In this document: positions 49,501-59,357 of the stretch, piece after piece
How positions within the stretch are numbered: the first letter of the stretch is position 1
Layout of the letters: each line of letters starts with the position of its first letter
Assembly: GCA_040390365.1 (NCBI GenBank)
Contig: JAZJYM010000001.1
Span: 1,291 to 65,290 of the forward strand
Length of the DNA stretch: 64,000 nt
From: Pseudomonadota bacterium
GTDB lineage: Bacteria; Pseudomonadota; Alphaproteobacteria; Sphingomonadales; Sphingomonadaceae
Reading direction: 5' to 3'
Program-made: the position numbers and the translations under genes
The notes under the pieces: model-generated
Databases searched by the model: none
Seen by the model: only the letters and a program-made list of their open reading frames with translations
Told to the model about the DNA's origin: nothing

Positions 49501-50463
49501 ATGGCAAAAACGAACAGCATTCCCCGCTATCGCAAGCCCAAGGCCAAGGGCTCGGCAATTGGCCGGGTCCTGCGGTTCCTGATCAAGCTGGTCGTCGCCT
49601 TCGTCCTGCTGTCGGTGCTGTGGGTGCTTGCTTATCGTTTCATCCCTCCGCCAACGACCGCGACCATGATCGCCGACAAGATCGCCGGGCGCGGCGCGGT
49701 TCGTGACTGGATGCCGATCGGCGAGATGGATCGCGACATGGTCCGAGCCGCGATCGCCGCGGAGGATGGCAAGTTCTGCAGTCACAACGGCTTCGACATC
49801 GATGCCATTCAGGACGCGATGAAGCGCAATGCCAGCGGCGGGCGCATCCGCGGCGGTTCGACCATCACCCAGCAGACCGCCAAAACGACCTTCCTGTGGA
49901 ATGGCGGCGGCTATGCCCGCAAGGGGGTCGAAGCCTGGTTCACCTTCCTCATCGAACATCTGTGGGGCAAGCGCCGGATCATGGAAGTATATCTCAACAA
50001 TGCCGAGACCGGTCTGGGCACCTATGGCGCCAACGCCGCGTCGCTGCGCTATTTCGGCCATGACGCTTCGGCAATGAGCGCGACCGAAGCGGCCCGGATC
50101 GCCGCGGTCCTGCCGCTGCCCAAGAAACGCGGAGCAGTGGCTCCCAAGGGCTTCACCCGCCGCTACGGCAATACGATCAGCGCCCGCATCAACGCGGTTG
50201 GCCGCGATGGCCTCGACGCCTGCATCTACAAGGGCGCGGCCGCACCGGTGAACAAGGCGCCGCCGCCGACCGCGAAAAAGGTCCGGCCGCTGCCCGGCGA
50301 CGAATATGAAACGGCCGCCCCGCCGCCGCCACTGGCAACGGTCGATGACCCGGCGACCAATCCCGATGCGATCGAAGAAGCGCCGGCGACGGATGTTCGG
50401 CCCGCTCCACCCGAACCCGCCGCGGCCGAACCGCCAGCGCCGGCTATGGAGAATGAAACCTAA
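49501..50463 (+). CDS. mtgA: Monofunctional peptidoglycan glycosyltransferase with Pro/Ala-rich tail
   Basis: Motifs AAEDGKF, GGSTITQQTAK, RKGVE and EVYLN. Confidence 0.95.
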   Translation: MAKTNSIPRYRKPKAKGSAIGRVLRFLIKLVVAFVLLSVLWVLAYRFIPPPTTATMIADKIAGRGAVRDWMPIGEMDRDMVRAAIAAEDGKFCSHNGFDIDAIQDAMKRNASGGRIRGGSTITQQTAKTTFLWNGGGYARKGVEAWFTFLIEHLWGKRRIMEVYLNNAETGLGTYGANAASLRYFGHDASAMSATEAARIAAVLPLPKKRGAVAPKGFTRRYGNTISARINAVGRDGLDACIYKGAAAPVNKAPPPTAKKVRPLPGDEYETAAPPPPLATVDDPATNPDAIEEAPATDVRPAPPEPAAAEPPAPAMENET

Positions 50464-53400
50464 CCGACCAAGGCGAGCTTCGCTGGCTCCTGCGCGGTCA
50501 GCTCGACGCTGCCTTCGCCGGCGATGCGCTCGATCTTGGCCGAAAGTTCGGCATCGAGGGCGAAATCACGACCGGCGACCAGGCTTGCCTGCCCGCCTTG
50601 GCTGAGGCGAACAATCAACCTGACCAGGCCATTACCACCCTTCGCGCCCGACAATTCCTGAGCGATCCGAGCGATCATGGTCTCGTCGTCAATGCGGATG
50701 ATCATTTGCAGGCGGCTCCGCTTGGCCAGGCTCGCCAGCGGCTGGAACCGCTTGACCGTAACCCGCGGCAATTCATCCCCCGCGCGGCGGTCCAGCTCGA
50801 CCGTCAACAGCCCGGATCCGCCGTCGCGCGCAGCGGCCTCGAGCGCGTTGGTTGCCTCCTCGTCGAACGCGGTTGCGACATATTGGCCGCTGCTGTCGGA
50901 CAGGCTGGCCATCATGTAGCGCCGCCCGCGCGCCGACGTGCGCCAACGCACATCCTCGACCAGCGCCGCCATCGACGCTGCGACCCGCTCGCCTTCGCCG
51001 ACCCGCATTTCGCCGATCTCGGCATAGGTTTTGACCTTGTGCGCCATGAGCAAATGGCGGTGCGCCTCGACCGGGTGAGCGGAGTAATAATAGCCGAATG
51101 AGTCGCGCTCGGCGGCCATGCGCTGGGCGATCGTCCAGTGCTTGTCGCGCGGCAAGCGGATCGGGACGGCCTCGCCCCCGCTCCCGCCGAACAGCGCCGC
51201 CTGGCCGGTGGTCTTCTGATCGTGCGCCGATGCGGCATGGGCGAGGATCAGCTCGGCCCCGGCGAAGACCGCGGCACGGTCGGGATCCAGAGTGTCGAAG
51301 GCGCCGGCCTCGGCCAGGCTTTCGACCTGGCGGCGGTTGAGCCAGCGCGGGTCAATCCGGGCAGCGAAATCCTCGAGGCTGGCAAAGGGCCCGCCCCGCG
51401 CCCGCTCGCCAACGACCAGGTCCATCGCTTTGTCGCCGACACCCTTGAGCGCGCCCAAGGCATAGCGCACCCCGCCGCCCTTTACCGTGAAGCGCGAGCA
51501 GCTGGAATTGATATCGGGCGGCAGGCACTCGATGTCGCCGCGGCGCATGTCCTCGACGAACAGCGCCAGCTTGTCGGTCTGGGCAAGATCGAAGCTCATC
51601 GACGCGGCGGTGAATTCGGGCCGATGGTGAACTTTCAGCCAGGCGGTCTGATAAGCGATCAGCGCATAACCGGCGGCATGGCTCTTGTTGAAGCCATAGC
51701 CGGCGAACTTGTCGATCAAGTCGAACAATTCATTGGCCTTGGGCGCGTCGATGGCATTGGCCGCCGCGCCGTCGATGAAGCGCGAGCGCTGGGCGTTCAT
51801 TTCCGACTGGATTTTCTTGCCCATTGCGCGGCGCAGAAGATCGGCGTCGCCGAGCGAATAGCCGGCGAGCACGCGCGCCGCCTCCATCACTTGCTCCTGG
51901 TAAACGAAGATGCCGTAGGTTTCCCTCAGAACATCCTCGAGCAGGGGATGCGGATAAGCGATCGGCTGCCGCCCGTTCTTGCGATCGCCGAACAGCGGAA
52001 TATTGTCCATCGGCCCCGGCCGGTAGAGCGAGACCAGCGCGATGATATCCTCGAAACTCGTCGGCCGGACAGCGGAGAGGGTCCGCCGCATGCCTTCGGA
52101 TTCGAGCTGGAAGACGCCGACCGTATCACCGCGCTGGAGCAGCTCGAACACCGCCGCATCATCCCACGGCAGGGTCTCGAAATTCACCGCGATGCCCTGC
52201 TCGGCGAGCAAACGCTGACCTTCCTTCAATACCGACAGGGTCTTGAGTCCGAGGAAATCGAATTTCACCAGCCCCGCGGCCTCGACATATTTCATGTCGA
52301 ACTGGGTCACCGGCATGTCCGAGCGCGGGTCGCGGTAGAGCGGAACCAGTTCGTCGAGCGGGCGGTCGCCAATGACTACGCCCGCGGCATGGGTCGACGA
52401 GTGACGCGGCAGGCCTTCGAGCTTCATCGCGAGGTCAAACAGTCGCTTGACGTCGGTGTCGCTGTCATATTCGCGGCGCAGCTCGATCACTCCGTCGAGC
52501 GCGCGCGGCAATGTCCACGGGTCGGTCGGGTGGCTCGGGATAAGCTTGGCGAGGCGGTCGACCTGGCCGTAGCTCATCTGCAGAACGCGTCCCGTGTCCT
52601 TGAGCACGGCGCGGGCCTTCAACCGTCCGAAAGTGATGATCTGAGCAACCTTGTCGCGGCCGTATTTGCCTTGAACGTAGGTGATCACCTTGTCCCTGTG
52701 GGTCTCACAGAAATCGATGTCGAAATCGGGCATCGACACGCGTTCGGGATTGAGGAAGCGTTCGAACAGCAGGCCGAGCGGGATCGGGTCGAGATCGGTG
52801 ATGGTCAGCGCCCAGGCGACCACGCTGCCCGCGCCCGAGCCGCGCCCGGGGCCGACCGGAATGTCATTGGCCTTGGCCCATTTGATGAAGTCGGCGACGA
52901 TCAGGAAATAGCCGGCAAAGCCCATGCCGTTGATCACCTCGAGCTCGAAATCGAGCCGGTCGAAATAGGTTCGCCGATCCTCGACCATGCGCGCGCCAAG
53001 CCGCTTTTCCAGTCCGGCCAGAGCATCGCGCCGCAATTGCTCGGCTTCGTCGTCGCCCATGCGCGGGAGGATCGGCTTGCGCTGCGGAGCGGCGACCGCG
53101 CAGCGCTGGGCGATGACGGCGGTATTGGCGAGGGCTTCGGGGATATCGCCGAACAATTCCGCCATCGCCGGCCCGGATTTCAACCACGCATTGGGCGACG
53201 ACGTCGGACGGTCGGCGCTTTCGATATAGGCCGAATTTGCGATGCACAGCAAAGCGTCGTGCGCAGCGTGGAAATCCGGCTCCGAATATTGCACCGGATT
53301 GGTTGCGACGAGCGGAATGTCGCGGGCGTAAGCAAGCGTGATCAGACCCGGTTCGGCGGCTTCCTCGACCCGATCGCTGCGGCGCGACAATTCGATGTAG

Positions 53401-53903
53401 AGCCGCCCCGGGAATAAATTCTGGAGCCGCTCGCAATAGGCCTCGGCTTTTGCTTGCTGCCCTTCCTCGATCAACCGGGCGAGCGCGCCCTCCCCGCCCG
53501 CGGTCAAGGCGATCAGCCCGTCGCTTTTCCCCTCCAGCTGAGCGAAACTGATGTGCGGGTCATCGCGCGCCGGGCGATCGAGATGCGCCGCTGAAACCAG
53601 GGTGCACAAATTCGCATAGCCCTGTTCGTCCTGGGCCAGGAGCGCGAGCCAATCGAGCTTTTGACCGCCAATCGCGTCGGCCGGCCGGGCAATGCACAAC
53701 AAGGTGCCGATGATCGGCTGGACGCCCTTGGCGAAACAGGCGTCGCTGAACGGCATCGCGCCATAAAGGCCGTTGCGGTCGGCAAGAGCGATCGCCGGGA
53801 ATTCCAGCCGCGCCGCAAGTTCGGCGATTTGCTTGGGTTCGATCGCCCCTTCCAGCATGGTGAAGGACGACAGCACGCGAAGTGGAACAAAGGGCTGAGT
53901 CAC
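50460..53903 (-). CDS. dnaE: DNA polymerase III alpha subunit
   Basis: PHP domain; motifs PGRGSGAGS, RVSMPDFDIDF and GYGFNKSH; OB fold. Confidence 0.98.
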   Translation of the reverse strand: MTQPFVPLRVLSSFTMLEGAIEPKQIAELAARLEFPAIALADRNGLYGAMPFSDACFAKGVQPIIGTLLCIARPADAIGGQKLDWLALLAQDEQGYANLCTLVSAAHLDRPARDDPHISFAQLEGKSDGLIALTAGGEGALARLIEEGQQAKAEAYCERLQNLFPGRLYIELSRRSDRVEEAAEPGLITLAYARDIPLVATNPVQYSEPDFHAAHDALLCIANSAYIESADRPTSSPNAWLKSGPAMAELFGDIPEALANTAVIAQRCAVAAPQRKPILPRMGDDEAEQLRRDALAGLEKRLGARMVEDRRTYFDRLDFELEVINGMGFAGYFLIVADFIKWAKANDIPVGPGRGSGAGSVVAWALTITDLDPIPLGLLFERFLNPERVSMPDFDIDFCETHRDKVITYVQGKYGRDKVAQIITFGRLKARAVLKDTGRVLQMSYGQVDRLAKLIPSHPTDPWTLPRALDGVIELRREYDSDTDVKRLFDLAMKLEGLPRHSSTHAAGVVIGDRPLDELVPLYRDPRSDMPVTQFDMKYVEAAGLVKFDFLGLKTLSVLKEGQRLLAEQGIAVNFETLPWDDAAVFELLQRGDTVGVFQLESEGMRRTLSAVRPTSFEDIIALVSLYRPGPMDNIPLFGDRKNGRQPIAYPHPLLEDVLRETYGIFVYQEQVMEAARVLAGYSLGDADLLRRAMGKKIQSEMNAQRSRFIDGAAANAIDAPKANELFDLIDKFAGYGFNKSHAAGYALIAYQTAWLKVHHRPEFTAASMSFDLAQTDKLALFVEDMRRGDIECLPPDINSSCSRFTVKGGGVRYALGALKGVGDKAMDLVVGERARGGPFASLEDFAARIDPRWLNRRQVESLAEAGAFDTLDPDRAAVFAGAELILAHAASAHDQKTTGQAALFGGSGGEAVPIRLPRDKHWTIAQRMAAERDSFGYYYSAHPVEAHRHLLMAHKVKTYAEIGEMRVGEGERVAASMAALVEDVRWRTSARGRRYMMASLSDSSGQYVATAFDEEATNALEAAARDGGSGLLTVELDRRAGDELPRVTVKRFQPLASLAKRSRLQMIIRIDDETMIARIAQELSGAKGGNGLVRLIVRLSQGGQASLVAGRDFALDAELSAKIERIAGEGSVELTAQEPAKLALVG

Positions 53904-53963
53904 GCCCGCGAATATGCGGCCTGCAGCGCGCTCGGCAAAGAAAAACCCGCGACTTATCCCCAG

Positions 53964-54881
53964 CTATCGCTGCGCTTGCCAGCGCCCCGAAACAATGTCG
54001 CGGATTTCGCGAATGCGGCCGGTGTAACCGTCGGCGATGCACGCGTTCGAGGGACATTTGTCGCGATAGGTCAGAAACCGGTCGCGGGTCTGGCGCAACG
54101 CCGCTGCTTGTTCCGGAGTCGAGGCGGCAACGGCACGGCGATATTCACTGGCCATGGCCCGGTCGAGCGACGCCAGCGCGGGGTCGGCACACACCGCTTG
54201 CTCGCCCCGTGAGCGCGCCCTGGTGCAATCGAAGCTGGGCAGCGCGGACGTTGCCGGCGCCGCAGCCGGAGCGGGCCGCGCCGGTTCAATCGGAGCCAAC
54301 GGGTCGACCGCGGCCGAATCGTCGATCGGCGTGTCCGTTGCCGGGCCGGGCACGGGCAGCGGCGCGGGCTGTTGCGCGGCAATCGTCAGGGTCGCGAGCG
54401 AATCGATCAGCGCATTGGCATTGCGCAGCTGGACGACCTTGCTGCCGCCGCCTGCCCGTTCGACCACTCCATAATAGATATCGCTCATCAGCAAGTGCCG
54501 GCCGGCGACGGTGGCGACACCGGGCGGAAGGTCGATCGACAGCGATCCCGAGCAAGTGATGATTTCCCGCTCCTGACCCTCGGCGACGGCATTTTCCATC
54601 CGCACCGATGCGGCCGCGGAAATCTTTTCATAGGCCGGCTGGTCGCTCGCCCGCACCTGGGCCGCCTGACGGAACAAGGCGCGCTTGATCTGGTCGTAAA
54701 CCAGCTGGCCGGAACAGGCCTTGGTCAGATCGGAGTCGCCGGCGGCGGTGATGGTCGCTGCATCGCCAAGCTTGTCCTGGTCCGAATTGCGGGTCGCGGC
54801 GAACAGCGCGATCATGATCAGTAGCACGGCGAACCCGCCGAGTAATGCCAAAGTCGTGTTGCTGGGACGTTCCATCACCAA
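53964..54881 (-). CDS. Membrane-anchored protein with C-terminal LprI-like (lysozyme inhibitor-like) domain
   Basis: N-terminal TM helix, Pro-rich linker, PSFDCTRARSRGEQAVCADPALASLDRAM...RDKC...CI..Y..RI. Confidence 0.8.
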   Translation of the reverse strand: MVMERPSNTTLALLGGFAVLLIMIALFAATRNSDQDKLGDAATITAAGDSDLTKACSGQLVYDQIKRALFRQAAQVRASDQPAYEKISAAASVRMENAVAEGQEREIITCSGSLSIDLPPGVATVAGRHLLMSDIYYGVVERAGGGSKVVQLRNANALIDSLATLTIAAQQPAPLPVPGPATDTPIDDSAAVDPLAPIEPARPAPAAAPATSALPSFDCTRARSRGEQAVCADPALASLDRAMASEYRRAVAASTPEQAAALRQTRDRFLTYRDKCPSNACIADGYTGRIREIRDIVSGRWQAQR

Positions 54882-54925
54882 ACCCTAGACCCGGCCAGAA
54901 GCGGTTCCAAGGGGATTGGTCGCGC

Positions 54926-55600
54926 TCAGCTCAGCACTCCATCGTGCAAGCGCACCACCCGGTCCATCTTCGCGGCGAGGCGCTCATTATGGGTCGCGAT
55001 CAGTGCCGCACTGCCCTCCCCCCGGACCATCTTCAGCAATTCGGCAAGAACGGTGTCGGCGGTCTTCTCGTCGAGGTTGCCAGTGGGTTCATCGGCCAGA
55101 ATCAGCGGCGGGCGATTGGCGAGCGCGCGGGCGACCGCGACCCGTTGCTGCTCGCCGCCCGACAGTTTCGCCGGGCGGTGGTCGAGCCGCTGACTGAGCC
55201 CGAGAATGCCGAGCAGCTCCTCCGCTCGGGACCGCGCTGCCGCGGTCTCGGCGCCATAGACCAGTTGCGGAAGAACGACATTCTCAAGCGCGCTGAATTC
55301 GGGCAGCAAGTGATGGAATTGATAGATGAAACCGAGCAATTCGCGGCGCAACCGGGTGCGGCCATCGTCATCGAGGCTGGCCGCCTCTTCCCCGTTGAGC
55401 CGGATCGACCCCTCAAAGCCGCCCTCGAGCAACCCGACCGCCTGAAGAAGCGTCGATTTGCCGGATCCCGAGGGGCCCAGCAAACCAACGATTTCGCCGG
55501 GCCGGACCGCGAGGTCGACACAGCGGAGCACGTGGATGGTGACGTCACCCTGCGTGAAACTGCGCTTGAGCGCTCGGGTCTCGAGGACGGGTTCAGGCAT
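54926..55600 (-). CDS. lolD: Lipoprotein-release ABC transporter ATPase
   Basis: Motifs [27 protein letters not shown] and ADEPTGNLD. Confidence 0.95.
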   Translation of the reverse strand: MPEPVLETRALKRSFTQGDVTIHVLRCVDLAVRPGEIVGLLGPSGSGKSTLLQAVGLLEGGFEGSIRLNGEEAASLDDDGRTRLRRELLGFIYQFHHLLPEFSALENVVLPQLVYGAETAAARSRAEELLGILGLSQRLDHRPAKLSGGEQQRVAVARALANRPPLILADEPTGNLDEKTADTVLAELLKMVRGEGSAALIATHNERLAAKMDRVVRLHDGVLS

Positions 55601-55614
55601 GCCTCGTCCCCTCC

Positions 55615-55706
55615 CCGTTCGTCCTGAGCGGAGCGCGAAGCGCGCAGTCGAAGGGCGCATGGCCAGGCGTGTTGCCAGCGCCCTTCGACAAGCTCAGGAC
55701 GAGCGC
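55615..55706. repeat. REP-like palindromic element (CCGTTCGTCCTGAG..GTCGAAGGG / CCCTTCGACAAGCTCAGGACG type)
   Basis: Inverted arms with an inner AGCGCG-AAG-CGCGC hairpin, in the lolE-lolD spacer. Confidence 0.8.
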
Positions 55707-55728
55707 AAGCGGGCTGCCCTTAAGCAAA

Positions 55729-56979
55729 TCACTCATAGCGAAGCACCTGAACCGGATCGGTCCCGGCGGCCTTGTAGGCCGGATAAAGTGTCGCGAGGAA
55801 CGACAGGACAAGCGCGGTCAGGACAATCGCAGTGACCTCGATCGGGTCGGTCTTCGATGGCAGATCGGCGAGCACCCGAACCGACGGATCCCACAAATTC
55901 TGCCCGGTCATCGCCTGGATTACATCGACGACGTTCTGGCGGAAGAAGAGGAAGATCGCGCCGAGAACCGCGCCCAGGACGATGCCCAGCGAGCCGATGG
56001 TGACGCCGACGGTGACGAACACTTTCATCATACCTTTGCGGCTCGCACCCATGGTCCGCAGAATCGCGATATCGCGGGTCTTGGCGCGCACCAGCATGAT
56101 CAGCGAGGACAGGATGTTGAACACCGCGACCAGCACGATCAGCGACAATACGACGAACATTGCTACGCGCTCGACCTCCAGCGCCGAGAACAAGGCGCTG
56201 TTCATCTGCCGCCAGTCGACGATCATCCCGCGCCCCTCAACCGCCGGGCGCAAGGGCGCGACAATTTCACCGACCTTGTCGGGATCGGATGTCTGCAATT
56301 CGACCATGCCGACCTTGTCGCCGAGCATCAGCAGGTCCTGCGCATCCTCCATCGGCATGATCACGAACGCCTTGTCATAATCATAGACGCCGATTTCGAA
56401 CACTGCGCCGACGGTATAGGAAACGATCCTGGGAACGGTGCCAACGACGGTCGAGCGGCCCTCGGGACTGATCAGACTGATTTCGCTTCCCGGACCGGCG
56501 CCGAGCGCCTGGGCGAGCCGCGAGCCGATCGCGACCCGGCCGCTATGCGGGAGGATCGACTTGAGGTCGCCGGCCTGGACTCCGCTCGTGATGGTGGAAT
56601 TGGCCATGACGTCGGGCCAGCGCATGCCGCGCACCAATACGCCTTCAACCCGGCCATTGGCCGAAGCCATTAGCGGCTGTTCGATCAGCGGCAGCGCCGA
56701 GGTTACGCCCGGGGTCGCTTTGGCCTTGGCCGCGATTTGCTGCCAATCGCCCAACTGACCGTCATAGCCCTGAACCACCGCATGACCGTTCAGGCCAACG
56801 ATCTTGTCGAGCAATTCACCGCGAAAGCCGTTCATGACGCTCATCACGATGATCAGCGCCGCGACCCCCAGTGCCACCGCAACCAGGCTGATCGCCGCAA
56901 CCAGGAAGATGAAGCCCTCGCCCTTGCCCGGAAGCAGATAGCGGCGGACGAGCATGCGCTCGGCACGATTGAGGATCAT
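55729..56979 (-). CDS. lolE: Lipoprotein-release ABC transporter permease LolC/E
   Basis: Motifs IVMSVMNGF, VAVFNILSSLIMLV..KTRDIAILRTMGA and LYPAYKAA..DPVQVLRYE. Confidence 0.95.
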   Translation of the reverse strand: MILNRAERMLVRRYLLPGKGEGFIFLVAAISLVAVALGVAALIIVMSVMNGFRGELLDKIVGLNGHAVVQGYDGQLGDWQQIAAKAKATPGVTSALPLIEQPLMASANGRVEGVLVRGMRWPDVMANSTITSGVQAGDLKSILPHSGRVAIGSRLAQALGAGPGSEISLISPEGRSTVVGTVPRIVSYTVGAVFEIGVYDYDKAFVIMPMEDAQDLLMLGDKVGMVELQTSDPDKVGEIVAPLRPAVEGRGMIVDWRQMNSALFSALEVERVAMFVVLSLIVLVAVFNILSSLIMLVRAKTRDIAILRTMGASRKGMMKVFVTVGVTIGSLGIVLGAVLGAIFLFFRQNVVDVIQAMTGQNLWDPSVRVLADLPSKTDPIEVTAIVLTALVLSFLATLYPAYKAAGTDPVQVLRYE

Positions 56980-56989
56980 GACGACTTCC

Positions 56990-57066
56990 CGTCATTGCGA
57001 GGAGCGAAGCGACGCGGCAATCCAGCGGCGCCGAAGCTGGATTGCTTCGCTGCGCTCGCAATGACG
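56990..57066. repeat. REP/RPE-like palindromic element (CGTCATTGCGAG..GCAATCCAG / CTGGATTGC..CTCGCAATGACG)
   Basis: Near-perfect terminal inverted repeats, in the proS-lolE spacer. Confidence 0.88.
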
Positions 57067-57073
57067 AAGCTGT

Positions 57074-58396
57074 TCATCTTGTCAGCCTAGCGACGACTTC
57101 CTGAACGGCGACATCTTCGCGCTCGCCGCTGCGGCGGTTTTTGAGCTCCACCGTTCCGGCGGCAATTCCGCGCGGTCCGACGATCACCTGCCACGGCAGT
57201 CCGATGAGGTCCATCGAGCCCAATTTCACCCCGCCACGCTCGTCGCGGTCGTCGTAGAGCACCTCGACGCCGGCGGCCTGGAGATCCGCGTAGAGCTTGT
57301 CGGCGGCGGCGCTGGTGGCCTCGTCATCGGCGCGCATGGTGACGATCCCGACCTTCCACGGCGCCACTGCTTCGGGCCACACGATCCCGGCCTCGTCGTG
57401 GCTCGCCTCGATGATCGCTCCGACCAGCCGCGACACGCCGACGCCATAGCTGCCCATATGCGGCACCACCGGCGAGCCGTCCTTGCCCGACACCTTGAGG
57501 CCCATTGCGGCGGAATATTTGGTGCCGAAGTAAAAAATGTGCCCGACCTCGATCCCGCGGCCGGTGCGGCGGCGATCCTCGGCGACTTCGGCCCAGCGCG
57601 TTTCGTCGTGGGTTTCGTCGGTCGCGGCATAGGTCGAATTGACCTGGTCGAAGAGGCCCTTGAGCCCGGCTTCGTCGCCGTAGCGCAGATCGTCCTGCTG
57701 CCAATCGAACCCGTCATAGGCCGAATCGTAAAAGACTTCGCTTTCGCCGGTCGGTGCAAGGACGATGAATTCGTGGCTGAGGTCGCCGCCGATCGGCCCG
57801 CTCGCGGCCTTCATCGGCACCGCCTTGATGCCCATCCGCTGGAAGGTGCGCAGATAGGCCAGCATCTGGGTGTAATAGCTCAGCCGCGCGCCGGGCTCGT
57901 CGAGGTCGAAGCTGTAGGCGTCCTTCATCAGGAATTCGCGGCCGCGCATCACGCCGAAGCGCGGGCGAACCTCGTCGCGAAACTTCCACTGGATGTGGTA
58001 GAGCGTGCGCGGCAAATCGCGATAGCTTTTGGCGTCACCGGCGAAGATCGCGGTGATCATTTCCTCGTTGGTCGGACCATAAAGGATTTCGCGCTCGTGG
58101 CGGTCCGTGATGCGCAGCATTTCGGGGCCGTAAGCGTCATAGCGGCCGCTGGTCCGCCACAGCTCCGCCGACTGCAACGTCGGCATCAGCATTTCGATCG
58201 CCCCGGCGCGGTCCTGTTCCTCGCGAACGATCTGCTCGATCTTGTGCAACACCCGCCAGCCGAGCGGAAGCCAGGCGTAAATGCCGGCTGCGGTCTGGCG
58301 GACCAGCCCCGCCCGGAGCATCAGCTTGTGGCTGACGATCTGGGCGTCCGACGGACTTTCCTTGAGGACCGGGAGGAAGGCTTGAGACCAGCGCAT
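57074..58396 (-). CDS. proS: Proline-tRNA ligase (short form, no INS editing domain)
   Basis: Motifs [30 protein letters not shown] and GSYGVGVSR; about 440 aa. Confidence 0.98.
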   Translation of the reverse strand: MRWSQAFLPVLKESPSDAQIVSHKLMLRAGLVRQTAAGIYAWLPLGWRVLHKIEQIVREEQDRAGAIEMLMPTLQSAELWRTSGRYDAYGPEMLRITDRHEREILYGPTNEEMITAIFAGDAKSYRDLPRTLYHIQWKFRDEVRPRFGVMRGREFLMKDAYSFDLDEPGARLSYYTQMLAYLRTFQRMGIKAVPMKAASGPIGGDLSHEFIVLAPTGESEVFYDSAYDGFDWQQDDLRYGDEAGLKGLFDQVNSTYAATDETHDETRWAEVAEDRRRTGRGIEVGHIFYFGTKYSAAMGLKVSGKDGSPVVPHMGSYGVGVSRLVGAIIEASHDEAGIVWPEAVAPWKVGIVTMRADDEATSAAADKLYADLQAAGVEVLYDDRDERGGVKLGSMDLIGLPWQVIVGPRGIAAGTVELKNRRSGEREDVAVQEVVARLTR

Positions 58397-58539
58397 GGGG
58401 CCGCGTCCTAAGGGGCCGTCTTCACACTGGCAATGCCCGCAACTGGCCAATGCCATGTGACCCGTGCGCAACAACGCCGCGCCAAATCCAACCCAGATTA
58501 ATTTTTAGGGCTGACTTACGTCTGATCGCGGCATAGGTG

Positions 58540-58685
58540 CGCTCCACCGGACGATTGGCTCTTGGGTCTCGGTTCGGGTCCTGGCTGAGCATTTGGGGAC
58601 GCTCGCCGGACACATCCAAGGGGGCTGACGAGCAATCGTCACGCAGGGCGCCCGGATCGGTAACGGTCCGGGCGTTTCGCGTTTT
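58540..58685 (+). ncRNA. Candidate small RNA between proS and tRNA-Met
   Basis: AT-rich promoter-like region at 58490-58540, internal hairpin TGACG/CGTCA, and a 12-bp GTAA-tetraloop hairpin with + strand U-tract, with no + strand CDS to terminate. Confidence 0.5.
58648..58685 (+). terminator. Rho-independent terminator of an orphan + strand transcript
   Basis: GCGCCCGGATCG-GTAA-CGGTCCGGGCGT followed by TTCGCGTTTT. Confidence 0.7.
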
Positions 58686-58723
58686 GGGCACCCGCCCGCA
58701 CTTGGCGTAATCGACTGTGGCGA

Positions 58724-58800
58724 TGGTAGCGGAGGAGGGACTTGAACCCCCGACACGCGGATTATGATTCCGCTGCTCTAACCAGCTGAGCTACTCCGCC
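58724..58800 (-). tRNA. tRNA-Met (anticodon CAT), probably elongator
   Basis: GGCGGAGTAGCTCAGCTGGTTAGAGCAGCGGAATCATAATCCGCGTGTCGGGGGTTCAAGTCCCTCCTCCGCTACCA; paired position 1-72, so not initiator. Confidence 0.96.
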
Positions 58801-58880
58801 CCGACATCATGGGGAGGCGGCCGGATGATGGCCGCCAGCGGCGCGGCGTATATGACGCGGCCATGGCTTGGTCAACGCGA

Positions 58881-58905
58881 GGAACCGCGGCCGTCCGTCG
58901 TCGTT
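58881..58905 (+). promoter_or_regulatory. EcfG/sigmaT general-stress-response promoter
   Basis: Exact GGAAC-N16-CGTT, 26 nt upstream of the DUF3775 start. Confidence 0.8.
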
Positions 58906-58931
58906 AAGCCCAACAGTTGGAGACCCGAACC

Positions 58932-59357
58932 ATGGACCCGCTGACGCCACTCGACACCCTGTGCCGCATCATCCTGCGCGGCCGCGAATATGAAGCCCAG
59001 ACGCCGAGCGATTACGCGCCCGGCGAAGATCCCGACAATGTCGACGAAGACGATGGCGCTGCGCTCAGCGTGCTCGAGGACGAGATGAACACCAGCGTCG
59101 AGGAGGAGTTGATCGCGGCGTTCGAGGATCTGGGCGAAGACCAGCTCGCCGAGCTCATTGCCTTCTGCTGGGTCGGCCAGGGCACCTATGATGCGTCCGA
59201 CTGGAGCGAGGCGATCGATGAGGCCAATTCTTTGGTCGGCCAGGGCACCGAAGGAGCGATCGAGGAATTACTGGAAATGCCGATGCTCGCCTCGGTCCTC
59301 GAATCGGGCATGGCTAGCTTCGAGCTCAGCTGCGACGGTATCGGCGACCTCACTTAG
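58932..59357 (+). CDS. DUF3775-family acidic protein
   Basis: Motifs LCRIILRGREYEAQ, ELIAFCWVGQGTY and LLEMPML..VLESGM. Confidence 0.85.
   Translation: MDPLTPLDTLCRIILRGREYEAQTPSDYAPGEDPDNVDEDDGAALSVLEDEMNTSVEEELIAAFEDLGEDQLAELIAFCWVGQGTYDASDWSEAIDEANSLVGQGTEGAIEELLEMPMLASVLESGMASFELSCDGIGDLT

Noticed and set aside
51138-53417. 759-aa + strand ORF, and similar long ORFs at 7048-8310, 8478-9764, 13981-15270, 21533-22720, 23324-24841, 31248-32621, 38353-40041, 59844-61235 and 61983-63002
   Set aside because: Antisense shadows of well-supported genes in a high-GC genome, with no recognisable motifs or RBS.
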